NCBI GenBank assembly: GCA_038087875.1
Contig: JAXLNO010002760.1
Span: forward strand, 558,001 to 617,784
Reading direction: 5' to 3'
Source of the DNA: Malacoraja senta
Taxonomy: Eukaryota
Length of the DNA: 59,784 nt
The translations under genes and the position numbers were made by a program. The notes beneath the pieces were generated by a model. It ran no database searches and was not told where the DNA came from. It was given only the letters and a program-made list of their open reading frames with translations. Shown piece by piece: positions 24,671-36,924 of the stretch. Each line of letters opens with the position of its first letter. Position 1 is the stretch's first letter.

Positions 24671-26206
24671 AATCCCATTTAATGACCTGTTTTGTAGATG
24701 GTGATAAAGAAAAAGGATACCATAGCACAAACCCTCATCCCAAACCTAATCTTTGGGCTAATCTAAATCTAACCATGGGCCCAGCCTTGGCCTTGATCCT
24801 AACCTGAATCCTAGTGACAGAATCAAGATCAGACATCTCCATAATATTCCAGATGCAATCACACCGAGGTCCTATATAACTGAGCAGGGCATTTCGACAC
24901 TTACACCCTGATCTATTAATAAAGGCCAATGGGAAATTTCCCTTTCTAATTATTTGCTGAAATTGCAAGTTAACCTTAATTAATCCACATACAAGGACAA
25001 CCAAGACCCTCCTTTAAATCTTTCAGCATTTTAAAAAGATTCTACTTTTTTTTTCTATTAAAGGAATGCTTACATTTTTGCACTATATATTATTGCACAT
25101 TCATGTAGCCTGTCGATATCCCTTTAAAGTCTCTCTTCATCCTCCTTACAGCCCATGTTGCCATCTAAGTTTATCGTCCCAACAAGCTTCAACATATTAC
25201 CCTTGAGTTCCTATTTCAAATCATTGGTATAGATTAACAATAGGTGTGGTCCCAGCACTGATCCATAGAACAGCCTACTGTTTATTGCCTCCCAACCCAA
25301 ATGTGGATTCAGTCGGCACTACTCACTGTATACTATCTGTAAACCAAGCTCCAGTCCACACCTGTAACTAACCCTAAAATACTATTAGTTCTGCTTTAAA
25401 AAAAATCTAGTGTCATCATATTGAAGAACTTCTGACACATCAGCTGCTTCAGCCACATCTTTTCCATATTTCTAACCTCAAAAAATTCCAGCAGATTTGT
25501 TGATGATCTCCCTTTCATTACTTCATGCTGACTCTGCACTATCCTATTATTAATTTTGAACTGTCCACTCACCACATCCTTAATTATAGATTCCAACATT
25601 TTCCTTACTGCAGATGTCAGACTAAAAAGTTGTAGCATCTTGTTTTCTCTTTCCCTTGTTTCTTAAAAAATGGGGTTACCTTTGCTCCCTTTCAGTCTGT
25701 GGGGAAACTTAAAATCTTTAGTATGATGGAAATGATAACCATGCATTAGGCGTTATGCATCAGTTTGTGGGCAGTGGGATAATTATCTCACCTGTGTTAG
25801 CTGTTCTCTTCACTGGTATACAGTCTCACTAGACTGGTATATTGATCTATACCGTGACTTCATTATCTTCATCTAGTTCCACTCACTTTTATTGGGGTCC
25901 ATACCTTTGTGTATATTTTATTTTTATTTGTGGTGGAAAGAGGTTGAGTGTGTACATTTGGGGGGGGGGGGGACACTTAGTGTTAGGGTTAGAGCCAGAG
26001 TAAGGGCCAGAGATAGGGTTAGGATAGAGCTAAGTTAGGGTCAAGGTCTGTCGCTATGATTAGAGTTAGGATCAAGACTTAGGCCAGGCCCATGGTTAGG
26101 TTTAGATTAGGACAAAGGTTAGGGTTAGGGTAAGGATTTATGCTGTGGTATCCTTATCACCATCTCCATCAAAATCTTCGAAAGCAGGTCATTGGATCAT
26201 GGGGAT
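24671..26206. mobile_element. Degenerate element bounded by about 155-bp inverted repeats rich in TTAGGG-like units; old CR1 (-) inside at about 24835-25760
   Basis: 24671-24823 is the reverse complement of about 26044-26206 (aatgacctg, agatggtgataa, ggatacca, ctaatctaaa, ctaaccatgggcc, cttgatcctaac). Confidence 0.7.
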
Positions 26207-26294
26207 TTGTTGACTTTCAGTCATGTAAGCTTGCTCGGTGTGAAAACGAAGGGAAAAAAACACTGAGAATTTCTCCATGTGATAATGTGATCAT

Positions 26295-26490
26295 TGCAAT
26301 TTACAGAAGCCAATTAACCTGCAAACCTGCATGTCTTTGGAATGTGGAATGAAACCGGAGCACCCAGAGAAAACTCACATGGTCACAGGGAGAATGTACA
26401 AATTCTGTACGGACAGCACCCATAGTCAGACTGAAATCCTAGTATCTGATGCTGTAAAACAGCAACTCTACCGCTGCGCCGCTGTACCAT
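26295..26490 (-). mobile_element. V-SINE 5' half
   Basis: gaaaccggagcacccagagaaaactcacatggtcacagggagaatgtac...gcaactctaccgctgcgcc. Confidence 0.8.
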
Positions 26491-28524
26491 CATTTTACAC
26501 CATTTTGGACAGAGGTCCACCGTGTCTAGGCCAACCAACATGCCTATCTACGTATACAAATCCTGCTTGCCTGCGTTAATTCTGTTCCTTATCCTGATGG
26601 CTCTTGAACTCATTACTGTTTATGCCTCCCCCACTGGTATGTGGGCAGAAGGAATCAAAGACTTTCATCCACACAAATTAATGTCTGTAGTCTGAGAGGC
26701 CAGGGTACCTGGGGGAGGTGTAGAGAAGAGATAACCAGACAGCTACGTTTCAGGAGTAAATTAAAATAAAAAAAAATACTGCAGATGCTGGAAATCTGAA
26801 ATAATGCTAGAAACAATCAGCAGGTCAGGCAACTTCAGATAAAGAGTCTTCAATTGAAGCAACATATCTGCTTTTCTAACAGTTTATACACTCAGAAATA
26901 CACAGAGTATTTCCAGCATTATCACTTTCTATAATACAACAAATTTCAAGGCTTTGTTAAAAGCCCTGGGAAGGTAGTGAGGCTGAGGCAGAGACTCTCA
27001 CAACATTCAAGAAGCATGAGGACCAGCACGACAATCGACAAAGATTAGTAGACTGAGAATCAAATGCTGGCAAATGGGGTTAGTACTTGATGGTTGGCAT
27101 GGACATGGTGGGCCAAAGGGCCTGTATTTTTGTTGCATGTCTCCATGACTCTAGTGTTTTTAATGGCCCTGACAGGCAGGCTATTAGAAACAAGCAGTAA
27201 TACTATAACAGTTACGGGCATATTTGATGAAAGATAAATTAAACTAGCTTAGGTGTGTAGACTAGAGTAAAATCATTAGTAGGAATTGGAAATGATGAAA
27301 TCCAAAATAGAAACAGAAGGTGTTGGAAATGCACAGGTGGTTAGTTGGTTTCTGTAACAACTACTCTTCCCATTTCAACAGCACTATCAACATTGTACAG
27401 TACAACAAAGTCCTTTTCAGAAGTATTATCAAGAAAAACTTGATATTGATCCTTGCATTAGAGCTGATGATCAAATACTCAATCAACGGGGTATGTTCAA
27501 AGCAGCATATTAAAGAAGAAAATTGTGAAAATGTTTTACAAGGTTGGCAGGGATGTGTTGGGCTGAAGAGCCTGTTTCCATGCTATACAACTTCATGACA
27601 CTGTGACTTTGAAGGAAACCCAGAGGTTTGAACGCTGATAGCTGAAAGGACAATCGGCCAAAGGGGAGCCATTAAATTTAAGGATGATCAAAACCCAAAA
27701 GCGAAATGGGATGATGGTAATTCTGGATGAATTAGCGGCAGAGAAGGCCAGAACTATAGACCAATGAAGGATTTTGGAAATAAGGCTCTAAAGAAAGAGC
27801 ACACAGCACGGAAATAGGCCCTTCAGTCCAATCTCATCAATGCAGACCAAGATACCTGTCTAAGGCAGTCCCATTGTTGAGAGACTAGTCAGTGAGCACG
27901 GGGATTGATAGATGAATGGAATGTGCATGATATAGAACAGTTGGTTAAATGCCCCTCCACTCCCACATTGATCAGTGAGCCAGTCTGTCTATGTAGGCAG
28001 GATGAACAGCATCAGTAGTTGAAAGATAGAAGAGAATTGACAGTAATCCCATTTAGACCTGTCCTATCCCCCTGCATTATTACACAATTTATCCCAGATC
28101 TTTTCCAGTTTTCTAACAAAATTGCTCCAGGAGATTGTCTGAGCTTGGAGAAGCAGAGGGAAACTGTATATGGAAATTAGAGCCAGGCTTCTTAAGAGTT
28201 TTGTTGGGAAACACTACTCCAACCCAGAGCCTTCCCTATCAAAGGCATAGATGGAGTAGACAGAATTTTTTTTCTCAGGGTGGAAATGTAATAGACTAGA
28301 AGTTTATAGTTACCGACCTACGACTACCTACGACTACCTACGACTACCATCACGACCGACTACGACCTACGTACAACCTACCTACGAGTAAAAAGTATAA
28401 TTTTTTTCCATGCCGACCTTTTTTTGACTAGTGAAAAGAGCTCCTTCACTATTACAGAATGAAGGTAAGCCAAGATCATGGCTGAAGTCAAAGTGGGAGA
28501 GACTCCATCAATAGAGAAGAGTTA

Positions 28525-28914
28525 AGCCCCGGTCCCACTAAGGAGACCTAAACAGCAACCTCTGGTGACCTTGCACGCCACCCAATGTTTCCAAGAGGTC
28601 ACCGGAGGTTTTGGTCACTCTCCCTAATGGTCGAAAGTGGTTTCCGCGTGGTCGAGGCTTCATCTAGGTTGCTGCTATTTTTTCATCATGACTAAAGCTG
28701 GCATCGACTAAAAATAGGTTGCCGTTTTAAAAATCGATAATTTTTTAGTCACAGGTCTAGTCGAAGCCGGTTTTCTTCATAGTCGAGGAAGGTTTTCAAC
28801 ATATGCGTGGGAGGTGGTAGGAGGTTGCAGGTCACCTCGACCTTGATTATTTTTTGGGTGGTGGGCAAGGTCACCAGAGGTTGTTGTTTAGGTCTCCTAA
28901 GTGGGACAGGGGCA
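28525..28914. mobile_element. PIF/Harbinger-type MITE, about 60-bp TIRs, TTA TSD
   Basis: tta|agccccggtcccactaaggagacctaaacagcaacctctggtgaccttgc...gcaaggtcaccagaggttgttgtttaggtctcctaagtgggacaggggca|tta. Confidence 0.85.
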
Positions 28915-28917
28915 TTA

Positions 28918-29664
28918 AAGGCCTGTCTCATTTAGGTGATTTTTAGGCGACTGCCGACGACAGTCACAGCCGTAGAGGGACACCGAAAAACCGTCTTCTC
29001 TGGACCCACCCTACGACAATGTCTACGACAAGCTCCCACCTAGTCTACGTCAAGTTACAACAAGCTACGTCAACCGGCGACACATATTCCTCGCGACTTG
29101 GGACATCCACCCACAAACACACCTACGACAACCTACGATAACCTTCGACCACACAGGTGACAATCTACGACAACCAAAGTCAACTTACGTCCACCCTCGA
29201 CAAGATATGACAAGTTATCTTGCAACAAGCAACATCATTTCGTCAGACCGAAAGGTCTGAATGACAATAAAGGAATCTATCTATCTATCTATCTATGACC
29301 CTGTTGGCGACAACTGAAGCCATCTGAAGACAATTCAGTCGCCAGTACCTGTCACCGGTTGACGTTGGTTGAAGTAGGTAGTCACCAATGGAATTCATCG
29401 AAGTCAGCACCCATCGACAACCAACGTCACCTGGCGTCATCCTGTCGACAACCTACGACAGCACCTATGACAGGAAAAGACAGGCAATGTCAAGCCCACT
29501 GTCGCTGAAAGGTTTTGAACATTTCAAAATCCAGCGGCGACAAGAAAAAAGTTACGACACTTGAGGAGACAACTCACGACAATACAGGCATCGCCCCGCG
29601 ACCATGTGCTGACAGCCTATTTTCCGGCTATTGCTGAAAAAATCGCCTAAGTGGGACAGGCCCT
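28918..29664. mobile_element. Second PIF/Harbinger-type MITE, TTA TSD, internal ctacgac-rich repeats
   Basis: tta|aaggcctgtctcatttaggtgatttt...aaaatcgcctaagtgggacaggccct|tta. Confidence 0.85.
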
Positions 29665-30019
29665 TTACAGTATAAAGTCTGAATGGAATAATAACATCGT
29701 AAGCACTGGTGTTACAGAACCAATGCCTCAAAGGAATATGTGGGAACTTCTCAACTGGATATGAATTCTTTAATCAGATTGGAAACTCAAATCTAATACT
29801 TGTTGTTACAACAGCGATGTAATTTAGTGCTTCGTCAAACACTGCCTCCTCCAGGGCACATGTCTCCCATTCACACATCCACAACAGGTGCCATAACTGT
29901 CCCCAAACCTGGGCATCATTTGCCACATGGTAAAAAAGAAGCACAGAAACAGCGTTTAGCTCAAGGTGCTTTGCTTCAATTTAAGAATGAGTACAAAATA
30001 GTTGTCTTTATTACCTGGG

Positions 30020-30520
30020 TATAGATACAGGAGCAGGGACATAAAACAATAGTTTGACCACAACTGAAGTACTGTGTGCAGTTCTGGAGGGAAATGAAGC
30101 GATGGAAGAAGTTGCAGAGAAGATTCATCAAGATGTTGCTTGGGATGAAGAGACTAGATAGGTTAGGTTTGTTTTCCTTGGAGCAGGGAGGGCGAAGGGG
30201 GACTCTGATTGAAGTATAACAAGTTATTAAGGGGAATAGATAGGGTAGATAGTCAGAAACATTTTCTCTGATCAGTCAGCTAAGAGGACATAAGTTAAAA
30301 ATAAGGGGGAAAAGATTAAGCTGGGACTTAACGAATCTTTTCAACCAGTGTCAAGATGATGGAGGCATGTAGTATCACAACATTTAAGAAGCATTTAAAT
30401 GAGCACAAGAAATGCTATTGCAGAGAAGCCTACCAGCCAGTTGCAAGAAAATGGGACGGGTATAGATAGTCAGCACCAACAGTGCGCTGATGGGCCTGTT
30501 CCCATGTCTATGATCATGTC
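30020..30520 (+). mobile_element. Old CR1 3' fragment
   Basis: gaagtactgtgtgcagttctgg (YCVQFW), RLGLFSLEQ and the 3' UTR motif. Confidence 0.75.
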
Positions 30521-30867
30521 TTTTTCTCATTTGGTGGGTTGGAGGTGGGGAGAATTAGCAGTTTCCTATTTCTGGGTATTAACATCTCGGATGGGCCCAG
30601 CACATAGATGTAATCAGGAAGATGATGCATTAACGCCTCTAATTTCTAAGAAGTTTAAAGAATTTTGTCATATGTTCATAAGTTCAGTTGTTCGAGCAGA
30701 ATTAGGCCATTTGTCCCATCAAGTCGACGCTGCCATTCAATCATGGCTGATCTATCTTCCCCTCTCAACCTCATTCTTCTGCCTTCTCCCCACAACCCCT
30801 GATACCCGTACTAATCAAGAATCTATCAATCTCCACCTTAAAAATATCCCATCATGTCATGTCTAAC

Positions 30868-32610
30868 CAGAGACGGAATCCGCTGTCAAAACATGGAGGG
30901 GACCCGGGACAGGAGGGCACAATTTCTTGGCGGCCGCGTGCGCATGCGCACACTCACACACACAAGCGATGAATCGGAAGCTTCAGCCGTGCGCCCTGTG
31001 AACGGTATTTAGCTCGGGATTCTTCCAGTTTCCAGCCCCGTGACGTGAATGCCTCTACTACGGGGCCGTTACCGTTAGAATGCGTCAATTAGTGCAGATC
31101 TGTACCACAGATTTATAAAACACTGGACATCATAATATAGGACAGGACACTTTCAAGCAGCTTGTCCTGTCCTATATTATGTTGTCCACTGTCCAGCATG
31201 ATGTCCAGTGTTTTTTTAAATCTGTGGTAGCTCTAGTATGGAAATTACAGTATGAGCTATTAAAACCAAGCAATATATAAATGATCTGCATTATATGCAA
31301 CCTAAAACTTTGTATTCTTTGTATTCTTGGATGTATTAAACATTTTTTCCCCAATTGCCAGCTGTAAAAATAAAGGGTGTCAATTAGTTAATAAATTGCT
31401 TTATAATCTGCAGAAGCATTTGGTCTCTGTAATTGTGTGTTTTGTTGCCTTTGGCTCGAAGGGTCGAATGGCCTCCTCCTGCATCTATTTTCTATGTTTC
31501 TATGCAACTGTCATGCATGAAATTTTGTTCAGACTTGTTTGAATAACAATAAAGGAAATTCAATTCAATTCAATTCAATCTACAGGTGGAGATTCCCTCC
31601 CTCTATTTGGAAATGATTCATGATGGAAATCATACATTCATAACTTCAAGACACAATCTGAATTCAATTGTATTCAATTTTTGTCAATTACTTCATGTAA
31701 CGCCAATATCTGATTACAACATTCATGAACGTAAATGAGACCCAAGTAAAAAAAATAAAATGTATGGATTTCTCTAATAAAGAACTTAGAAATGTAGTTC
31801 ATACGAATTCAAATTCCCTCATAAAATGTTAGAAATTTGTAAAAAGGGTTGCAATGAAAGTCTGATTCACAAGAATTGGTATTTAGCAACACTTTATTAG
31901 TATCATTAACACTTAGCTATAATATTTTATTAGTATTATTAACACCTAGTTATATTCATTTAGACAAGTGAAAACTTCCAAATACACGCCGTCTGGAATC
32001 TGACCGCTGACCACCAACATCGAGCAGCCGCGGTCTGCGGTCTGCGGTCTGCGGTCTGCGGTCTGCGGTCTGCGGTCTGCGGTCTCCCGTTAATTTAATT
32101 CAAAGGAACGCATCATACTTGAAGCAAGGTCAGTTCATACAATTATATTATGAGGATTAATGAATGGATTTCGATGCAACAATGGCAGACAGTTAACACA
32201 TCGTTTTCGTGAAGGGACCTTGCTTCAAGTATTTCACGTTCCTTTGAATAAAATTAATGGGAGATAGACAATAGACAATGTCATTAAAACTCAGATGATT
32301 CGAGGCATTTAACACTCCATTCCATTCCTCTGACACGAAAACAATGTGACACAATTATAATTACTAAGGATGCAGGAATGGGATCGATGGCAGTTAACAG
32401 TCACAAAGACAGTTAGCACATCATTTTTTTGTCAGAGGAATGCAGTGATGAACGAACGACTCGAATCGAACGTCTCGACTCGAACGACTTTAAATGAACG
32501 AAAAACCCGACATACCTTACAAAGCTTGTAACGTAAGGGAGACTATCCCCCACCTCTGAAAACATGGAGGGGACACGTCCCCTCTGGCCCCCCCAGGTTT
32601 TCCGCCGTTG
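30868..32610. mobile_element. Non-autonomous hAT-type DNA transposon, 1743 bp
   Basis: Perfect 8-bp TSD tgtctaac (30860-30867, 32611-32618); imperfect TIRs cagagacggaa / ttccgccgttg; subterminal direct repeat aaaacatggaggggac at 30888 and 32559; no transposase ORF. Confidence 0.85.
32030..32085 (+). repeat. (GCGGTCT)n heptamer array
   Basis: About eight perfect tandem copies. Confidence 0.95.
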
Positions 32611-33168
32611 TGTCTAACAAGCTTCTACAGTCACACTGCAAAATAGTATCCTGACTGGTTGCATCATGGCCTGGCATGGTAATTCCAGCGCACAGAAACA
32701 CAAGAGGATGCAATGAATAGTGGACTCAGCCCAGTCCATCATGGGCACATACTTTTCCACCTATAAAAGCATCCAAATGAGACGCTGCCTCAAGAAATGG
32801 GCATCTATCATCAAAAATCCCCTCCATCCTGCCATGGCCACTATTCACTACTAACATCAGGCAGAGGGTGCAGGAGCCCGAAGTCCCACACCACCAGTTT
32901 CAGGACGCTGCTTATTTCAGCCATTGAAATGACCTGCACAACCCTGATCCTAACTCAGCAACGACCACTTACACTACCATGGACTTGATTAATAATTGTG
33001 CATTTTTGCACTAGTGTCTTGGTTTTTTTTGCAGTCTTTTCCTCTTAGCTGTCTGCAGCATTTCTGTGTAATTTATGTGTAATTTAAGTTTTTGTGTGTT
33101 GCCTGAGTGTATGTACCTGTGAAGCAGCTGCAAGCAAGACTTCAAATTGTATCTGTACATCTCTGTAA

Positions 33169-33365
33169 ATAGACACAAAAAGCTAGAGTAACTCAGTGGG
33201 TCTGGCAGCATCTCTGGAGAAAAGGTATAGGTGATGTTTCCGGTCAAAGGATTTCGACCCAAAACATCACCTATTCCTTTTCTCCAAAGATACTGCCAGA
33301 CCCGCTGAGTTACTACAGCTTTTTGTGTCTATCTTCGGTGCAAAACCAGCATCTGCAGTTCTTTC
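33169..33365. mobile_element. Penelope-like fold-back fragment (about 80-bp arms, 33169-33332)
   Basis: atagacacaaaaagct...ggtgatgttt pairs with aaacatcacc...agctttttgtgtctat; same repeat family as 44755-44870. Confidence 0.8.
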
Positions 33366-35087
33366 CTGTACATGGCAACAAATGCAATTTGACTTGACTT
33401 AACTCTACCCATCTTTTTCATCCAAACCTTTCTCCCATGTTCATTTACCCATCTCCCCTTTAAATATATCCGCATCATTCAGCTTCACTATTTCTTCTGG
33501 GAATGAGTTCCACATCGACAAATTTCTCTGGAACAGATATTTCTCCTGAATCGTTTCTTAAAAACTATCCTAAATTTATAACCCCACCTGCTGTATCATG
33601 GTACTAGAGGACCTCAATGGGAGGTGCAAGTTAGCAAAATGGGAACAAATAAGACTGTTATTTAAATAAAAGTAAAATTGTACTGCAGAAAAACTCTTAC
33701 AAGGACTCAATTTCAAGAGACTCAAAGCTATTACTTCCTTCTGTTTGCAGATTTATTTTCTGATATCACGCTGCTCACAGTATACACATCTGCTCTCTGG
33801 CACTCAGAAACTCTTGCAGAATTTCCTGATATCTTCAGACAACCGCACAGTCTGATTATTATCTGCAATTATTATCTGCTGTACAAAGTAATAGTTTAAA
33901 AGGAAAACACACCCTTTGTATATTGGTTCAGTGTCTCACTCTAGCACGGAAATCCCTGTGGCTTCCTTGTAGCATGCTCACTGTTAACCAACAATAGAAG
34001 AATGCAGCCAAATATAGGCATGAGTGTGTGCGCTCTGCAAACTAACGGCACTTGCTTTCTCATACTTTGCACATGTCTGCTAATTTACGGCACAACAGGA
34101 GAAAATGAAATCTTCTGCATTTCCTCAAAATCTCCCTTTCTTACTGCCCTGTCTGAACCATACTGGTGCCCAGCATAATAGGCGGAAGCTTTGCTGCGAT
34201 TGAAGTGACGTTACAGATGGTTTGTGGTCTCAATCTACTGTGATAAGGGCAGATTTGCACTCGACTTTGTTAAGTAGTGGAAACTTGTGCAGAAATCATG
34301 GTGAAGATTGAGCAGGAAGAATAAAAGCCCTAATTTGGTTTGTTCTATCTCACTGGTATGATGGCGGTTTTATACGCTGACCAACCATCAATACGATTGG
34401 TGCGTTTAATGGCCACTGTAAATTGCTTCTTCTGTGAGTGGTAGAATCTGGGGCAGGTGATGGGAACATGGTTAGTATAGACGACCAGGAAAATTAGTGA
34501 CAGAAAGTGATTGACTTGATGGGCCAAAGTACCTCCTTCCATGCCAAAATATAGAATTCAATTCGACCTGTCTGAGCAGTGAACGTTTTTGGTCTCCTTC
34601 CATGGTTAAGATACGTTTCCCTGACAGGTGAAACAATGCAGATTGACCAGAATGATTCCCGGGATGAGAGAACCAGGCACATAGTGACTGAAATCCAGGA
34701 GAAGGACGTGACATGTATAAAACTCACAGATAAATTGATGGGGGAAAGACTGAGAAGCAGTTACTTTGGTTGAAGAGCCTAGAGTTAAGGTTCAAGGTCA
34801 AAGTATAAGAGGGAATTGTAAAAATGGCAGGTGATGGAAATCTAAAATTGAAACAGCTAATGTTGGAAATATTCATCATGCCAGGCAGCATCCGAGAAAA
34901 ACAGTTAACAATGAAGTCTATGACTTTTAAGCAGTGAGCTCTAACGATCAGCCTGTCTAAAAAAACCTTGCCTGTGTTCACCAATGACTTGCCACATTAT
35001 GTCCTGCCCCTCCTCACCTCTAGCTTCCTTTCCCCCTCCCCCTAAAATCAGTCTGCAGAAGAGTCCCGAGATGAAAAGTCACCTTTA

Positions 35088-35498
35088 CTTTAGTTTAGTT
35101 TAGAGATACAGCATGGAAACAGGCCCTTCGGTCTACCAGGTCCGTGCTGACCAGCTATCACCCTGTACACTAACACTATTCTACACACTTGAGATAATTT
35201 ACAATTTTTACCGAAGTCAATTAAACTACAAACCTATACATATTTGGAGTGTGGGAGGAAACCGGAGCCAGATCCACTTGTATGTATTTGGCCCATATCC
35301 CGCTAAATCATTCATATCCATGTATCCATCCATCGAGAAAGAGTTAGATATAGCTCTTAGGGCTAACGTAATCAAGGGATATGGGGAGAAAGCAGGAACG
35401 GGGTACTGATTTTGGATGATCAGCCATGGTCATATTGAATGGCGGTGCTAGCTCGAAGGGCTGAATGGCCTACTGCACCTATTTTCTATGTTTCTATG
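35088..35498. mobile_element. V-SINE 3' half (-) followed by a CR1 3' tail (+, about 35335-35498)
   Basis: (tttag)n plus ggaaacaggcccttcgg; KELDIALRANVIKGYGEKAGTGY* and (tttctatg) tail. Confidence 0.8.
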
Positions 35499-36924
35499 TC
35501 TCATCAGATGCCCAAATAAACCTACATAACCTGAGGGGGAGGGGTAGCCCAATCCCAATGGTCTGCCGAAAAACATTTATGATGATGCCACTTGATGACA
35601 TGTATTTATCTTCTCTCTAAATTCTCAGCACATCATATTGGGTTTTGTCTTAGCTGAGATTGGGAAAACTCATATCATTCTGGTTAAACTTGTGTATTCC
35701 TTGACTAATTTGGTAGCAAGCTTTCCTCTGAACCATGAGGTTATTAGTTCAAGTTTTGCTCCAGTGAAAGGAATACAAAATAAATACTGGCTGTCACTTC
35801 AGTACAGTACCAAGGGTGCACTGCAATGTCTTTTTAAATATGTGTCATTACACCAAAGCTCCCACATCTCTTTCACACACCGCCTATTTGACAAACAGGG
35901 AAGTTCTCCCTGATCTTGACCAGCAATCGTTCCTCCATCACCATAATTAAGAATAGATTATCTACTCATTATCCCATTACTGATTGTGGCAGGCTGCATT
36001 GCACAAAATGGCTATTGCATTTTCCAATTTACAGCAATGTCATAGCTTCATCAATGGCTGAAAGATGTTGAGGTCATACATTTTGTGTTTCTACCTTCAA
36101 ATGGTTAAGGAAAGATCAGTGGAAGTGTTCAGAAAGATGGAGCATTTTGAGATAGTAACTGAGAAAAAATACATCCAGGGAGATAAATGCAGAGATTTCA
36201 GATAATTGGCAGGACATTTGGAGAAAGGAGAGTTTTTTGAGTTGTAATTTTGCTGCGAGCTGTAATATATTGCCTGAAAACGATGAATATTGGCAAAGAA
36301 AAGATGTGCATGTTTGCTTGGAAAGTACAGCGGAGAGGAACTAATTAGGCAGTTCTTTTAAAAGGACAGACGCAGTTACGATGGGCTGAAGGGCTTCTTT
36401 CTCTGATGTTTGTCTGACAAACTACTTTCTATCTGATGCAGCTTTAATGGCTTTCTTTTGAAGAGGATGTTAGGAAATGGAAAACAAAGGGTAATCTTGC
36501 ACTCATCTTTAATTGTATGGTTTCAGTTTGATCTATGCTTCAGGGCCCTGGAGGCTCGGCTGTTTGGAAGTTCCTTGGAATGTCTGGCACAATGCACTCT
36601 ATGCAAGTTGACTTCGGGAAACCTTGGGATGACCCCAGCTCTGGCCAGGAAGAGGACTTCCAACAGCCGACACAGATTCTGAAGTCAATACTTGGCATGA
36701 ATGAATATTTTTGTGAATAAACAAGAACAAGAGCTTAAACGCACCACAATGAAAATAAAACTCAATAAATTGGGTCACAGATTGTCTCAGCACTGTCTGA
36801 AGGGAAGTTAATGGCTACACATCAGAAGCAATTAATGATGATGGGAGGAAATACCGTGGGCAAAGGGGTCCCTTAGGGAGACTGTTGCATTGCACCATGT
36901 AAGAAATAATATTTGATTATTAAT

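Larger units (their letters stand above)
30540..33160 (+). mobile_element. Rex1/Babar fragment split by a CR1 3' piece (-, about 30680-30850) and a hAT element
   Basis: RISSFLFLGINIS...LRSLKNF before the inserts; SILTGCIMAWHGNSSAQ...SLLTSGRGCRSPKSHTTSFR after 32618. Confidence 0.75.

Noticed and set aside
25975-26135. True interstitial telomere or chromosome fusion site
   Set aside because: Only a few exact TTAGGG units, embedded in one arm of a diverged inverted-repeat element.
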